61,702 nucleotides of DNA, filler included, from 4 parts of 4 records of this genome joined end to end with filler, not necessarily neighbours in it; one strand, 5' to 3'. Positions 11,289 through 22,171 are shown, counted from the first letter of the whole stretch. Notes: generated from the sequence alone by a model not told the origin. Translations and numbers: made by a program.

Positions 11289-12588
11289 TATGTTCGCCTG
11301 GGATCTGGCGCGCTTTGGTGATTGGGCCGATAAGAAGTTCACCAAGGCCCGGGTCGAGGATCAGTACACCCACCGGTTTGCCATTCATTTCCCGAACGAA
11401 GAACGTAGCGCCGGCCGCCCGGCGCGTGTGCGCCCAGCGTACGAAATGCAGAAAGAACTGGGGGGTGTGTTTGGCATGAACTGCGGTTGGGAGCATCCCC
11501 TGTGGTTCGCCGACAAGCCCGGTGTTGTCGACACAAACAGCTTTACCCGTCAAAACTGGTGGGCGCCTGTGGGCGAAGAGGTCAAGATGCTGCGTGAAAA
11601 CGTGGGCGTTATCGATATCTCGAACTTTGCCAATTACGTGATCAAGGGGCCGGGGGCGCATGCATGGTTAGACCAGCTTGTGGCCAACCGGGTGCCGTCA
11701 GAAATCGGGCGATCCTGTCTGACACCGCTGATTGGGGTGCGGGGCGGAATCGCTGGGGATTTCACCATTACCAAAGTCGGGGACGATGAGTACATGATGG
11801 TCGGCTCGGGGATGGCGGAACGCTATCATCAGCGGTTCTTTAACATGATCGACCTGCCCGAAGGCACCACGTTCGAAGTGGCAACCAATCGTATCGCAGG
11901 CTTCAACGTGGCGGGACCAAAAGCGCGCGATATGTTGCAGCGCATGACCAATGCGGATCTCAGCAACGAAGCCTTCAGGTTCATGCGGTCTGCGACAATT
12001 GAGGTGGCTGGTGTCAGCTGTTTGGCGATCCGCGTTTCCTTTACCGGAGATCTGGGATGGGAGCTGCACTGCGCCGAAGAGGATCAAGTGCGCCTGTACA
12101 CCGCACTGATTGCGGCGGCCAAAGAGTTTGATGGCGGACCGGTAGGCGGGCGTGCGTTGGGATCTTTGCGGATCGAAAAGGGCTATGGCTCTTGGGGTCG
12201 CGAATATAGCCCCGAGTACTGGCCGCAAGAGGTGGCTCTGGAGCGCCTGATCAAGCTGGACAAAGATTTCCTGAACAAGGACGCTTATCTGGCGGTGAAA
12301 GATAACACACCACGCGAGGTTCTGTCGGTCTTTGCCATTGAGGCGGATAACGATGCAGATGCGAGTGGCGGTGAACCTATCTTTCTCGCGGATGGCACAC
12401 CGGTAGGGCGCGTGACCTCGGGCGCATACGGGTATTCCGTCGGGAAATCTCTGGCGATTGGGTTTGCCAACCCTGCGGTTGCCAAGCCCGGTGATACGGT
12501 TGAGGTGTTCATCTTGGGTAAGCCGCACAAGGCGACCCTGTTGGCGGAACCTCCGTTTGATGCAGCGGGGCAACGCCTGCGGGCGTGA
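11289..12588 (+). CDS. GcvT-family FAD-dependent oxidoreductase (dimethylglycine/sarcosine dehydrogenase-like), C-terminal part
   Basis: GWEHPLWF, VGVIDISNFA, AIRVSFTGDLGWELH, SLRIEKGYGSWGRE and GRVTSGAYG folate-binding domain; starts at DMFAWDLARFG, the FAD-domain/GcvT junction, so it is 5'-truncated. Confidence 0.88.
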
Positions 12589-12590
12589 GC

Positions 12591-13478
12591 CTACGGCTGC
12601 ATCTGTGCCGCTGCCTCCATCAGCCAGGTTTTGAACACTTTGACTGATGGGGTCGGCGAGCGGGTTTTGAACCGCACACAATAGACCCATGGGCTGTCGA
12701 TATCAGTCTCAAAGGGTTCCACAACCATCCCACGCTCGACATACGGTCCAACGAGCGAGCGTGGAACAACCGCGCAGCCAAGCCCCTGAACCGCCAATTC
12801 AATGGTGAGTGTGGATACATCCGTTTGAAACCCACCAGATAAATCCAAGGGGGGCAGGTCGAAATAGGCCGCGACTTTTTCCCAATAAGCCAATCGCCCT
12901 AAGATACAGAGCAGATCCGCCTGCGCCAGTTGCGCGGGGTCAATCAGATCAGTGCCGTCGACCTGATATCCAGGCGCGCAAATGATGGCCAGTTTCTCGC
13001 GCCATAAGGGGATTGTCCCATCGGGGACTTCGTCCTGATGGTTGATGGTGATTGAGACATCAGAAATATCCCCTTCGACATCGTTCCAGACAGTCCCATG
13101 CACGGTGACCTGCACTCCAGGGTGCACGGCATGAAACCCACGTAAAACTTTGGCAAGCCAGAGGCCGGCAAGGCTGGTGGGGCTGGAAACGACCACCTCA
13201 CGCTTGCGGTTCTGTGTCAGGATCGACGATGTCGCGATATCAATTTCCTGCAGAGCGTGACGGACCGATGGCAAATAGGCCTCGCCCACTTCGGTCAGCG
13301 AGAGGGACCGTGGGAGGCGTACAAAGAGGGGGCGGCCGATGAATTCCTCGAGCGAGCGCACGTGATTGCTGACGGCGGATTGGGTGCAATTCAGCTCATC
13401 CGATGCGCTGGTAAAGCTCAGGTGACGGGCGGCGGCTTCGAACGAGCGCAGGAAGGTCAGATGGGGCAGGTTTTTCAT
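12591..13478 (-). CDS. LysR-family regulator (GcvA-like)
   Basis: LRSFEAAARHLSFTSASDELNCTQSAVSNHVRSLEEFIGRPLFVR HTH plus LysR substrate domain; divergent from the PrpD-family gene. Confidence 0.93.
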   Translation of the reverse strand: MKNLPHLTFLRSFEAAARHLSFTSASDELNCTQSAVSNHVRSLEEFIGRPLFVRLPRSLSLTEVGEAYLPSVRHALQEIDIATSSILTQNRKREVVVSSPTSLAGLWLAKVLRGFHAVHPGVQVTVHGTVWNDVEGDISDVSITINHQDEVPDGTIPLWREKLAIICAPGYQVDGTDLIDPAQLAQADLLCILGRLAYWEKVAAYFDLPPLDLSGGFQTDVSTLTIELAVQGLGCAVVPRSLVGPYVERGMVVEPFETDIDSPWVYCVRFKTRSPTPSVKVFKTWLMEAAAQMQP

Positions 13479-13536
13479 ACTGCCACCCTATCGCGCATAT
13501 CTGCGGAGTGCGACTGTTCCGTCTCCGCCGTGAGGT

Positions 13537-13552
13537 GTCGCAAAATCACGAC
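13537..13552. promoter_or_regulatory. Candidate operator dyad in the divergent lysR/prpD-like promoter
   Basis: GTCG-CAAAATCA-CGAC inverted repeat; short, so it could be chance. Confidence 0.3.
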
Positions 13553-13674
13553 GATGCGCCGATTTTAACGTGCGAAATTATCCGGGGCATAGGGCCAGTC
13601 TTCTTTGCGTGTGGGTTTGGTAGGAACGCCCTACGTTTTGGAGCGACAGGTTTACCATGCCCGGAGGAAACCCA

Positions 13675-15027
13675 ATGACTGAAACCTTTGACCGTATTGC
13701 CGATTTTGCGCTGAATATTGCGCCGGATCAGATACCGGATTCTACGCATGAGGCCGCGGCTTTGATGCTGCTGGATACGTTAGGCATCACGATTGGTGCT
13801 GGACCGATGGAGGCGGGTGTGATCGCGCGGGATACTGCCGCGTTGTTATACGGCTCGTCCGATCCGAATTTCACGGCCCGGATGATGTTTGACGGACGCA
13901 ATGTCAGTGTCGCGGGATCTGCCTATGCTGCGGCGACACAGACGGATAATTTGGACGGTCATGATGGCTACAATCCAACCAAGGGGCATATCGGGGTTGT
14001 GGTTATCCCGACCTTGGCGGCTTTGGCTGAGGTGTCGGAGGATATCTCGGGCGCTGAGGCGCTGGCAGCTGTGACCATTGGGTATGAAATCGCAGGTCGC
14101 GCCGGTCTGGCGTTGCACGATACCGTCAGCGATTATCATACGTCAGGGGCTTGGAATGCATTAGGTGTGGTTGCCATGGCGGCGCGGTTGCGGGGCATGA
14201 CCCGTGATCAGATGCGCCAAGCGCTTGGCATTGCTGAATATCATGGGCCGCGCAGCCAGATGATGCGGGAAATCGCAAACCCCACAATGTTGCATGATGG
14301 GTCAGGCTGGGGGGCGATGGTCGGGCTGTCGTCGGTTGTGTTGGCCGAACAAGGCTTTACTGGCGCGCCCGCGATCACCATCGAGGCAGATGAGGCGCAG
14401 AGCCATTGGCAGGATCTTGGCACGTTCTGGCAAATGGAACATCAGTATGTGAAGCCCTATCCGATCTGTCGTTGGGCGCATGCGGCGATTGATGGTGCAC
14501 GCGCAATCATGAAAGAGCACGGGCTGAGTCACGGGGATATAAAGCATGTGCAGGTGAACAGTTTTCATGAAGCGGCATGCCTGTTTCAGGACCTGCCTGA
14601 CAACACCTCTAAGGCGCAGTATTCGCTGCCTTTTGCCGTGGCTATTCAGATTGTGCATGGGCGGATCGGGGTCGAACATATCTCGGGCGCGGGGTTAAAA
14701 GACCCCACTGTCGCGGATGTGATGACACGTATTTCTGTCACAGAAGCCGAACATCACAGCAAGCGGTTTCCGGTGGGGCGTTGGGCGGATGTTCAGATCA
14801 CCACCACGGATGGTCGGGTGCTGGAGTCAGGTGATACCCATGCCCGCGGCGGCCCAGAGGCCCCGATGAGCCGGGATGAGGTTATCGAGAAATTCATGGA
14901 ATTTGCGACCCCGTCATTAGGGGTTATCCGCGCAGCAGCCATTCGGGATGCGACGTTGGGTCTTACACGTCCTGACAGTCGGCTCTCGGACCTGACACAA
15001 CATCTTTTTGACGCCCCGGAGGCATAA
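13675..15027 (+). CDS. MmgE/PrpD family protein
   Basis: LLDTLG, NLDGHDG...GHIG, A..IGYE, KPYPICRWAH, AQYSLPF and RGGPEAPMS motifs; GGAGG RBS before the ATG at 13675. Confidence 0.9.
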   Translation: MTETFDRIADFALNIAPDQIPDSTHEAAALMLLDTLGITIGAGPMEAGVIARDTAALLYGSSDPNFTARMMFDGRNVSVAGSAYAAATQTDNLDGHDGYNPTKGHIGVVVIPTLAALAEVSEDISGAEALAAVTIGYEIAGRAGLALHDTVSDYHTSGAWNALGVVAMAARLRGMTRDQMRQALGIAEYHGPRSQMMREIANPTMLHDGSGWGAMVGLSSVVLAEQGFTGAPAITIEADEAQSHWQDLGTFWQMEHQYVKPYPICRWAHAAIDGARAIMKEHGLSHGDIKHVQVNSFHEAACLFQDLPDNTSKAQYSLPFAVAIQIVHGRIGVEHISGAGLKDPTVADVMTRISVTEAEHHSKRFPVGRWADVQITTTDGRVLESGDTHARGGPEAPMSRDEVIEKFMEFATPSLGVIRAAAIRDATLGLTRPDSRLSDLTQHLFDAPEA

Positions 15028-15033
15028 CCCAAT

Positions 15034-16572
15034 ATGGCACGAGATCGACGCAGCGGCGGGCGCCGCGGGAAATCAGACCGCACAGGCGGCAGTATCGACC
15101 AGTTGCCTTGGCAACAGGTGCACAACACCTATCCGCCGTATCAATTGTTGAACCCGGATCAGATGGATCAGCTGCATGAGACCTCGATGCGGATCCTGTC
15201 TGAGGCGGGCATTCGCGTCATGGGCGACAATGTTCTGGATATCTTTGAACGGGCCGGGGCGATTGTGGATCGTGATACCAAAACGATCCGGATCGACGAG
15301 AGCCTTGTCGTTGAGGCGTTAAAAACGGTTCCGTCCGAGTTCACGCTGAGGGCGCGCAACCCTGCCAAGCGGATCACCTTGGGCGGTACGCATATGAATT
15401 TTGGCCTGGTTGCAGGGCCGCCAAATGTGCATGACCGGATCAATGGGCGGCGTCAGGGGAATTACACAGATTACTGTAATTTCATCAAACTGGCGCATCA
15501 TTTCAATGCTGTGAACCTGATCGGTAATCAGGTGATGGCCCCGATCGAAATGCCGGCCAACACCCGCCATCTGGATACTTATCTGGCCAACCTTGCCTAT
15601 TCTGACCTATCGTTTCACTGCACCGCTATCGGGCGTGGCCGGGCGATGGATGGGATCAATATGATGGCCATCACGCGTGGGCAAAAGCCCGAAGATATGC
15701 GCGATGACCCCGGTGTTATCACAATCATCTCGGTCAACTCACCGCGTTTGTTTGACGATGCGATGGGCGATGGGCTGATTGCGATGGCTGAATACGGTCA
15801 ACCGGTGACGGTCACACCCTTTACATTGATGGGTGCGATGACGCCGGTAACGTTGCCTGCAGCCCTCGCGCAACAAAACGCAGAGGCGCTGTTTGGGGTG
15901 GTGCTGACCCAGTTGGTACAGCCGGGCACGCCAGTCATGTATGGCTCGTTCACGTCAAATGTTGATATGCGTTCAGGTGCACCCGCGTTTGGAACACCGG
16001 AAAACGCCAAGGCCAATATCGTTGGTGGGCAACTGGCGCGGCGCTATGGCATTCCATACCGGACTTCGAATGCGAATGCGTCCAACGCAGTGGATCTGCA
16101 GGCGGCGTATGAAACGATGATGGCCACCTGGGGCGCAGTGCTGGGCGGGGCGAATATTGTCTATCACGCGGCTGGGTGGTTAGAAGGGGGACTGACCGCC
16201 AGTTACGAGAAGTTCATCATGGACGTGGAAATCATCCAAAACATGATCGAGTTTCTCAAGCCGATGAAGTTTGACGAGGATGAGTTGGGCTTTGATGCGA
16301 TCAATTCGGTGCCAACCGGTGGGCATTTCTTTGGCTCGGACCATACCATGGCACGATACGAAACCGCATTTTACCGCCCTATGCTGTCGGATTGGCAGAA
16401 CTATGAGAATTGGGAAGCCGCTGGCGCCAAAGACGCGTTGGAGCGCGCAACCGAGATCTGGCAGCAAGCACTGCGCGATTATGAGGAACCTGTGATGGAT
16501 CCTGCCATTCGCGAAGAGCTGGACGCCTATGTCGCCAAGCGCAAAGAAGAAATCGGCGCAGGTGAACCGTAA
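15034..16572 (+). CDS. Trimethylamine methyltransferase (MttB) family protein, non-pyrrolysine
   Basis: LHETSMRILSEAGI, PSEFTLRARNP, NSPRLFD, TPFTLMGAMTPVT, GSFTSNVDMRSGAPAFGTPE, HAAGWLEGGLTAS, GGHFFG; no in-frame TAG. Confidence 0.93.
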   Translation: MARDRRSGGRRGKSDRTGGSIDQLPWQQVHNTYPPYQLLNPDQMDQLHETSMRILSEAGIRVMGDNVLDIFERAGAIVDRDTKTIRIDESLVVEALKTVPSEFTLRARNPAKRITLGGTHMNFGLVAGPPNVHDRINGRRQGNYTDYCNFIKLAHHFNAVNLIGNQVMAPIEMPANTRHLDTYLANLAYSDLSFHCTAIGRGRAMDGINMMAITRGQKPEDMRDDPGVITIISVNSPRLFDDAMGDGLIAMAEYGQPVTVTPFTLMGAMTPVTLPAALAQQNAEALFGVVLTQLVQPGTPVMYGSFTSNVDMRSGAPAFGTPENAKANIVGGQLARRYGIPYRTSNANASNAVDLQAAYETMMATWGAVLGGANIVYHAAGWLEGGLTASYEKFIMDVEIIQNMIEFLKPMKFDEDELGFDAINSVPTGGHFFGSDHTMARYETAFYRPMLSDWQNYENWEAAGAKDALERATEIWQQALRDYEEPVMDPAIREELDAYVAKRKEEIGAGEP

Positions 16573-16580
16573 AAGACGAA

Positions 16581-16606
16581 GTGCCGACCCTGAAAGGGGC
16601 GGGCAC
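16581..16606. terminator. Stem-loop between convergent mttB-like and racemase genes
   Basis: GTGCCGACCCT-GAA-AGGGGCGGGCAC imperfect GC-rich hairpin without a strong U-tract. Confidence 0.5.
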
Positions 16607-16624
16607 ATCGTTCAAGCTTTTGCA

Positions 16625-17362
16625 TCACAGCTGGTCAAACAGCCTACCCGGTAACCTGTCATGACGCGGTAGATCCAGCGCTTGCATCAAGCAAAACATC
16701 ATCGCCTGATTAGAGGTCACCACCGGTTTGCCGAGTGTGGCCTCGATCCGCTCTACCGCTTCTACGGAACGCATATCGGTGCAGCTTAGGACAATCGCCT
16801 GCGCATCTGGGTGATCGGCTTGGCAGCCCAGCTCAAACACCTCATCCGGTGTCAGCTCACCTTGGCCGTAATTGCCCAACTCGCGGCCCACATCCGCGCA
16901 GTTCACGGTGTCGATGCCGTTTGATTTCAAAAAGGCCATTGCTTGTTCATTGATTTCACCCAGATAGGGCGATGAAAAGCCAACCTTGGTCGCGCCAATT
17001 GCTTTGAGGCCGGCAATCAGGGATCCGGCGGCGGTCAACGACACAGCTCCAGACCCGGTTTTGATTTTCTCAGCAAGATCGGCATCAAACGATGGGCCGT
17101 GTGTCAAAGTCGCCGACGTGCAGCCGTACAAAACCACATCTGGTCGAACGCCTGAAATCATCCGCAAATCATAGCTGATGTCCGAGGCACCTAATCCCGC
17201 CATCTGATCCGATCCGGGGATTTCGTCCACATCATATCCGCCCATCCGTTGGAAATGGATGGTTGTGTTGGGGGGGCGCATCAGCTCGAAATCAGGCTCT
17301 AAATTGGTGTTTGTAAAGGGAACAAGCACACCAATCTTAGCCGCAGTTCGGGTTTCGGTCAT
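16625..17362 (-). CDS. Asp/Glu/hydantoin racemase - maleate isomerase (EutA-like) family protein
   Basis: IGVLVPFTNTNLEPDF, both catalytic-type Cys motifs (YGCTSA, LSCTDM), SPY, GKPVVTSNQA. Confidence 0.88.
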   Translation of the reverse strand: MTETRTAAKIGVLVPFTNTNLEPDFELMRPPNTTIHFQRMGGYDVDEIPGSDQMAGLGASDISYDLRMISGVRPDVVLYGCTSATLTHGPSFDADLAEKIKTGSGAVSLTAAGSLIAGLKAIGATKVGFSSPYLGEINEQAMAFLKSNGIDTVNCADVGRELGNYGQGELTPDEVFELGCQADHPDAQAIVLSCTDMRSVEAVERIEATLGKPVVTSNQAMMFCLMQALDLPRHDRLPGRLFDQL

Positions 17363-18426
17363 GTCAAAATTCCTTTTAGAGCGGTCTGAGCGCGGTTCAT
17401 GATGTTTTGGTCGCAGATCGTGGCGCGTAAACAGTCAGATAGGCCATAGCCACCCATACCGCGCATCAACAAATTGTCTGCTCGTAAGGCTGTGTCGGCC
17501 TGTTGCGCCTGCTCTGACGAGGTGAACCGCAGTAGCACAAAGTTGGTGTGGCTTGCCGGAACGCTCAGCCCTAGGTTCCGGCAGTCAGAGGCAAACTGAT
17601 CTCGGATTTTTGCGGTCTTTGTAACAACACCTAGCATATGTGTTTGATCCCGCATTGCCGCAGCGGCCATTGCCTGAGACGGGATAGAGATGTTGTTTGG
17701 ATTGAGCAGTTTGCGCACTTGGTTCGCAATGTCTGGGGGGAAATATCCCCACCCGACACGAGCCCCGGCTAGGCCGTAAGCCTTGGAAAAAGTGCGCACG
17801 ACGACTGTGTCGCCTCGGCCCACCAAGGCAAATATGTCGGCTGGATCATGCGCCAGATCAGAAAACTCTGCATAGGCTTGGTCCACGACCAACAGAATAT
17901 CATCCGGCAGGCCGTGACGCAGTCGCAGGATTTCAGAGTTCGGGATCACCGTGCCTGTTGGGTTACCGGGGTTGCACAGGAATACGATCCGGGTCTGGGT
18001 ATCCACGGTGGCAAGGATGTCATCCACCGAAACCGTCAGATTGACCTCGTGCGCTTTTACATATTTTGCCTGCACCTGCGCCGAGGCTGACGCCACAAAT
18101 GCATAGCCATAATCCGTCCCCAACACGTGATCACCCCAACCAGCATAGGCACGAATTAGGCAGCCAATCAGCTCCATCGATCCGGCCCCACATAGGATCA
18201 TTTGTGGCTCTAACTTATGGGTATTGGCGATTTCTGCACGCAGATCCGTCCATTCCGGATCGGGATAGAGCGGCATCTGATCCATAACTGCCCGCCCGGC
18301 AGCAACCGCTGCAGGACTTGCGGGAAAGGCGCTTTCGTTTTGAGCCAGAGAGATGGTGTTTGCCCCACCAAGATCAGCCAGGGCATAGGCCCCCATTGCC
18401 CCGACATGTGCGACCGGTTTGATCAT
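17359..18426 (-). CDS. Class I/II PLP aminotransferase (HisC-like)
   Basis: LAQNES, YPDP, GAGSMELI, CNPGNPTG, VDQAYAEF and RTFSKAYGLAGARVGW (PLP lysine). Confidence 0.9.
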   Translation of the reverse strand: MIKPVAHVGAMGAYALADLGGANTISLAQNESAFPASPAAVAAGRAVMDQMPLYPDPEWTDLRAEIANTHKLEPQMILCGAGSMELIGCLIRAYAGWGDHVLGTDYGYAFVASASAQVQAKYVKAHEVNLTVSVDDILATVDTQTRIVFLCNPGNPTGTVIPNSEILRLRHGLPDDILLVVDQAYAEFSDLAHDPADIFALVGRGDTVVVRTFSKAYGLAGARVGWGYFPPDIANQVRKLLNPNNISIPSQAMAAAAMRDQTHMLGVVTKTAKIRDQFASDCRNLGLSVPASHTNFVLLRFTSSEQAQQADTALRADNLLMRGMGGYGLSDCLRATICDQNIMNRAQTALKGILT

Positions 18427-20072
18427 TGGTCCACTCCGTAACTTTTGGCGCCATCCACCGTCACCAAACCCCGTTTGAGGTCTAAGGCAAGTGCATCCTG
18501 TGCGCGATCTGAAGGGTGCCCAAAGCCGCCCCCACCGGGCGTTTCAAAGATCAGGTAGTCATCCCCTTCGACCCGCAATTCGCCTTTACCTGGGATATCC
18601 TGGGCTTGCCCTTTGATGCGGATGCGTCCGGGTGCGCCCGGTTGTCCGCCCATGCGCCCCAACGCTGGAAACTTCAGTCGTTCGACGGACAGAAAGACGA
18701 TGAAGGGCGCATTGTTCGCCGCGCTCATCTCGATCCTTTGGCCCAGGCCGCCGCGATACTGTCCCGCCCCGCCCGAGTCGGGGCGCAACTCGCGTTTCCA
18801 CATCACCACTGGGGCAACCGCTTCGGTGATTTCGACCTGTGAGCCGAACACGCCAGACGGGTAAGCGGTTGCCGACAAGCCATCTGAATGAGGGCGTGCG
18901 CCGGTGCCGCCATTGTGCACGGGTTCGATTGCAAATTCCCGTCCACCGTTTGCCGCAACCTCAGGCGCATGGCGCATGGGCAGGTCAAACATGCACGACG
19001 CCCCCTCAGCCGGAACTTGATCCGGCAAGGCTTGATGGAGGCAGCCAAGCACCAGATCAGGCGTAACCTGTCCCAAAGTGTGGCGCATCGCGACGGGCAC
19101 CGGGCGCTGGGCGTTCAATATGCACCCTTTGGGTCCATCCACGGTGAAGGGCGCCAGCGATCCCGCGTTGTTGGGGATGTCTGACCCGACGATGCACCGC
19201 ATGGCAAAGACGGTATAGGCCGTCGCATAGTTGAGCGGGACATTGATGCCCTTTTTGGAACAGCCAGATGTGCCCGTGAAATCCACATGTAGGCCCGTTT
19301 TGCTTACGGTGAGTGTGGCGTGCAGCTCGAGTTCAGATTCGTACCCATCCATCCTAAGCATGTTTGAATACACGCCCTCTGGCACCTCGGCGATTGCATC
19401 CAAGGTGCCCCGATGTGAGGTGTCGATGATGTAGGTCGCCAGCTCTTCGAGATCGTCGATCCCGAATTCGTCCATCATGCCGACCAACCGTGTCACGCCG
19501 GCTTCGCAACAGGCGACCAGCGCGTAAATGTCGCCTTCGTTGGCGATGGGTTCGCGTGAATTCGCGCGCACGATATCCATCAAAAGCGCATTCAATTCGC
19601 CCTGATCGACCAATTTACAAGGCGGGATCAATAATCCCTCATCGTAGATATCTGATCCTTCTGGCCCCATGCCAAGGCCGCCGAGATCGACAAGATGAGA
19701 GGTGCAGGAGGTGAAGCCGACCACTTTGCCGTCTTTGAAGGCGGGCATCATCAGCAGGAAGTCATTCAAATGACCCGAGGCAAGCCAAGGGTCATTGGTC
19801 ATGTAGATATCGCCGGGCTTCATGGTTTGAACGGGAAAGCGTTCGCGCAAATGCAGAACCGCCTCGGCCATGGTGTTGATGTGGCCGGGGGTGCCGGTCA
19901 CGGCTTGTGCCAACATGCGCCCGTGCACATCAAAAATCCCGGCGGAAATATCACCGCATTCGCGCACGATCGGGCTGAAAGCCGCCCGGATCAGGGTTTG
20001 ACCCTGCTCTTCGACAACGGCGAGGAGACGGTTCCACATTACTTGCAGGCGGGCGGGGGACATCGCAGTCAT
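18423..20072 (-). CDS. Hydantoinase B / oxoprolinase subunit
   Basis: AAFSPIVRECGDIS, PGDIYMTNDPW..SGHLND, HLVDLGG, ELRPDSGGAGQYRGGLG, ETPGGGGFG. Confidence 0.93.
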   Translation of the reverse strand: MTAMSPARLQVMWNRLLAVVEEQGQTLIRAAFSPIVRECGDISAGIFDVHGRMLAQAVTGTPGHINTMAEAVLHLRERFPVQTMKPGDIYMTNDPWLASGHLNDFLLMMPAFKDGKVVGFTSCTSHLVDLGGLGMGPEGSDIYDEGLLIPPCKLVDQGELNALLMDIVRANSREPIANEGDIYALVACCEAGVTRLVGMMDEFGIDDLEELATYIIDTSHRGTLDAIAEVPEGVYSNMLRMDGYESELELHATLTVSKTGLHVDFTGTSGCSKKGINVPLNYATAYTVFAMRCIVGSDIPNNAGSLAPFTVDGPKGCILNAQRPVPVAMRHTLGQVTPDLVLGCLHQALPDQVPAEGASCMFDLPMRHAPEVAANGGREFAIEPVHNGGTGARPHSDGLSATAYPSGVFGSQVEITEAVAPVVMWKRELRPDSGGAGQYRGGLGQRIEMSAANNAPFIVFLSVERLKFPALGRMGGQPGAPGRIRIKGQAQDIPGKGELRVEGDDYLIFETPGGGGFGHPSDRAQDALALDLKRGLVTVDGAKSYGVDQ

Positions 20073-22171
20073 GCGGCACCTCCTTTTTGATCTTGGACCA
20101 GGACAAGGTTTCCAATTGCATCGACATGTGCCGAGAAGTCGGCAGAAACCAGCGTGGTTGTTTGCGGTTCCGTAATCAGGGCAGGACCCGCGACCCTTTG
20201 GCCGGGATGTAATCGATCTCGCGCGATAAACGCGGCTTCTTTTTCGGTGCCGTCTATATCACAGAGAATGGGCCGCGTTTCTGATGGAGTGAGTGTGCTC
20301 AGCTCAGGTGTTTCGGATACTTTGGGAATATCCCCATCCGGGGTGGCCACTTGCACGGACCAATTCAGGATTTCGATCTGCATTCCGGGGACTGGGCGCG
20401 AGAATTGTTTTCCGTATTCCGCCTCAAAAGCTTTTGTTAGTGGCTGAATATCGCTGTCCATCAACGGGCGATCCGGCAGTGGAATTTCGATTTCATGACC
20501 TTGCCCGTTGTAGCGCATGAAAGCGCTACGTCGAGTTTGCATGGCGCGATCTCCGGCACCTTGGGCAACCACGCCTTTGGCCTCAGCAATCATGTCATCG
20601 AACAAGGTGTTGATGTTGTTCAAGTCGAGGGAGCCGAGCATTGAATAGCGGCTGCGGACGATTTCAAACGACACGGGCGCATACAGAAACCCCACTGCAG
20701 ATCCGACTCCGGGATTGGGCGGAATGACAATGCGGGATACGCCTGCTGAACGCGCCACCCGGGTGGCATGCAGGGGACCGTTTCCGCCAAATGCGATCAT
20801 TGTGCGACTGCCCAGATCCTTGCCGGATTCCACCGCATGCATTCGCCCTGCGCTGGCCATGCTCTCATCAACGATGCGGCTAACCCCATCTGCCGCGCCG
20901 GTGCCATCAACGTTTAAAGCTGTGCCAATTACCTTTGTTAGAGCCTGTTTTGCGGCGATGGGATCAATGCTGATATGCCCTTCGGCAAAGGTGTCAGGTA
21001 CAATGTAACCCAGTGTGATATCGCTGTCCGTCACTGTCGGTTCCGTGCCGCCACGGCCAAAGGCGACGGGTCCGGGTTCTGATCCGGCGGATTTGGGGCC
21101 TACTGTTAAGCGGCCCAAACGGTCGACCCCAGCGATGGATCCCCCACCGGCACCGATCTCGATCATCTCAATGACAGGGATGCGGACGGGCATGCCGGAT
21201 CCTTTGATGAACCGTGCGGCGCGCGCTATTTCGAACTGGCGCGAGGTTTGCGGACGGGCATTGTCGATCAGGCACAGCTTGGCGGTGGTGCCACCAACAT
21301 CAAACGACAAAACAGAGTCTAATCCGGCCCGTGCAGCAATTCGCGCGGCCAGGATTGCCCCGCCCGCGGGTCCGCTTTCGACCAGACGGATCGGGAAACG
21401 AACGGCGGTTTGGATGGTGCACATTCCCCCGCCTGCGGTCATCATCAGGATGGGGCAGGTCACGCCTTCGGCAGCAAACTGTGCTGCGAACCGATCCAGA
21501 TAGCTTTCCATCAAGGGCTGGATATAGGCATTGGCGATTGTGGTGCACAGCCGGTCGAATTCGCGGGCTTCGGGGCTGACGTCTGAGGAGATTGAGATTG
21601 TCAGATTGGGACGCTTGGCGCTCAAAATATCGCGCAGGCGGCGTTCGTGATCTGGGTTGGCATAGGAATGGATAAGGCAGATCGCGACTGCGTCTGCACC
21701 GCTGGCATCAATTTCTGTCAGCAAGGTGTCGATTGCGCTGTCTTCCAAAGCGATCAGAACATTGCCATCGGCAGACATGCGTTCACGCACAGTCAGGGCC
21801 CGCTCGCGTGGCACCAGAAGATCGGGTTTTTCCAGATTGATATCGTACTGCGAATACCGCCGTTCATAGGCGATTTCGAGAATGTCGCGAAAGCCTTGGG
21901 TGGTGATTGTCGCCACCACGGCCCCGCGCCGCTCAATCAAGGCGTTGGTGGCAAGGGTTGTGCCATGGATGAAACCGCTGACCTCATCCAAGGACCGCCC
22001 GGATTGGGCCATAACGCGGGCGGCCCCTTCCATGGCGCCGTCCGCTGGGTTGGTGTGGGTTGTCAGCGTTTTGGTTGAGGCGAGGATCTCGTCCTCACCA
22101 CGTACCAGCACCGTGTCTGTAAAAGTTCCGCCAATATCGATGGCGAGTCGCAGCATATCTTTTGCCGTCAT
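20069..22171 (-). CDS. Hydantoinase A / oxoprolinase ATP-binding subunit
   Basis: AIDIGGTFTD, HGTTLATNALIERRG, ESGPAGG, SFDVGGTTAK, IGAGGGSIA, VGPKSAGSEPGP, PTVTD, AFGGNGPLHA. Confidence 0.93.
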   Translation of the reverse strand: MTAKDMLRLAIDIGGTFTDTVLVRGEDEILASTKTLTTHTNPADGAMEGAARVMAQSGRSLDEVSGFIHGTTLATNALIERRGAVVATITTQGFRDILEIAYERRYSQYDINLEKPDLLVPRERALTVRERMSADGNVLIALEDSAIDTLLTEIDASGADAVAICLIHSYANPDHERRLRDILSAKRPNLTISISSDVSPEAREFDRLCTTIANAYIQPLMESYLDRFAAQFAAEGVTCPILMMTAGGGMCTIQTAVRFPIRLVESGPAGGAILAARIAARAGLDSVLSFDVGGTTAKLCLIDNARPQTSRQFEIARAARFIKGSGMPVRIPVIEMIEIGAGGGSIAGVDRLGRLTVGPKSAGSEPGPVAFGRGGTEPTVTDSDITLGYIVPDTFAEGHISIDPIAAKQALTKVIGTALNVDGTGAADGVSRIVDESMASAGRMHAVESGKDLGSRTMIAFGGNGPLHATRVARSAGVSRIVIPPNPGVGSAVGFLYAPVSFEIVRSRYSMLGSLDLNNINTLFDDMIAEAKGVVAQGAGDRAMQTRRSAFMRYNGQGHEIEIPLPDRPLMDSDIQPLTKAFEAEYGKQFSRPVPGMQIEILNWSVQVATPDGDIPKVSETPELSTLTPSETRPILCDIDGTEKEAAFIARDRLHPGQRVAGPALITEPQTTTLVSADFSAHVDAIGNLVLVQDQKGGAA

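Noticed and set aside
15034..16572. Pyrrolysine recoding in the MttB homologue
   Set aside because: The ORF is continuous with no in-frame TAG, and no pyl genes are present.
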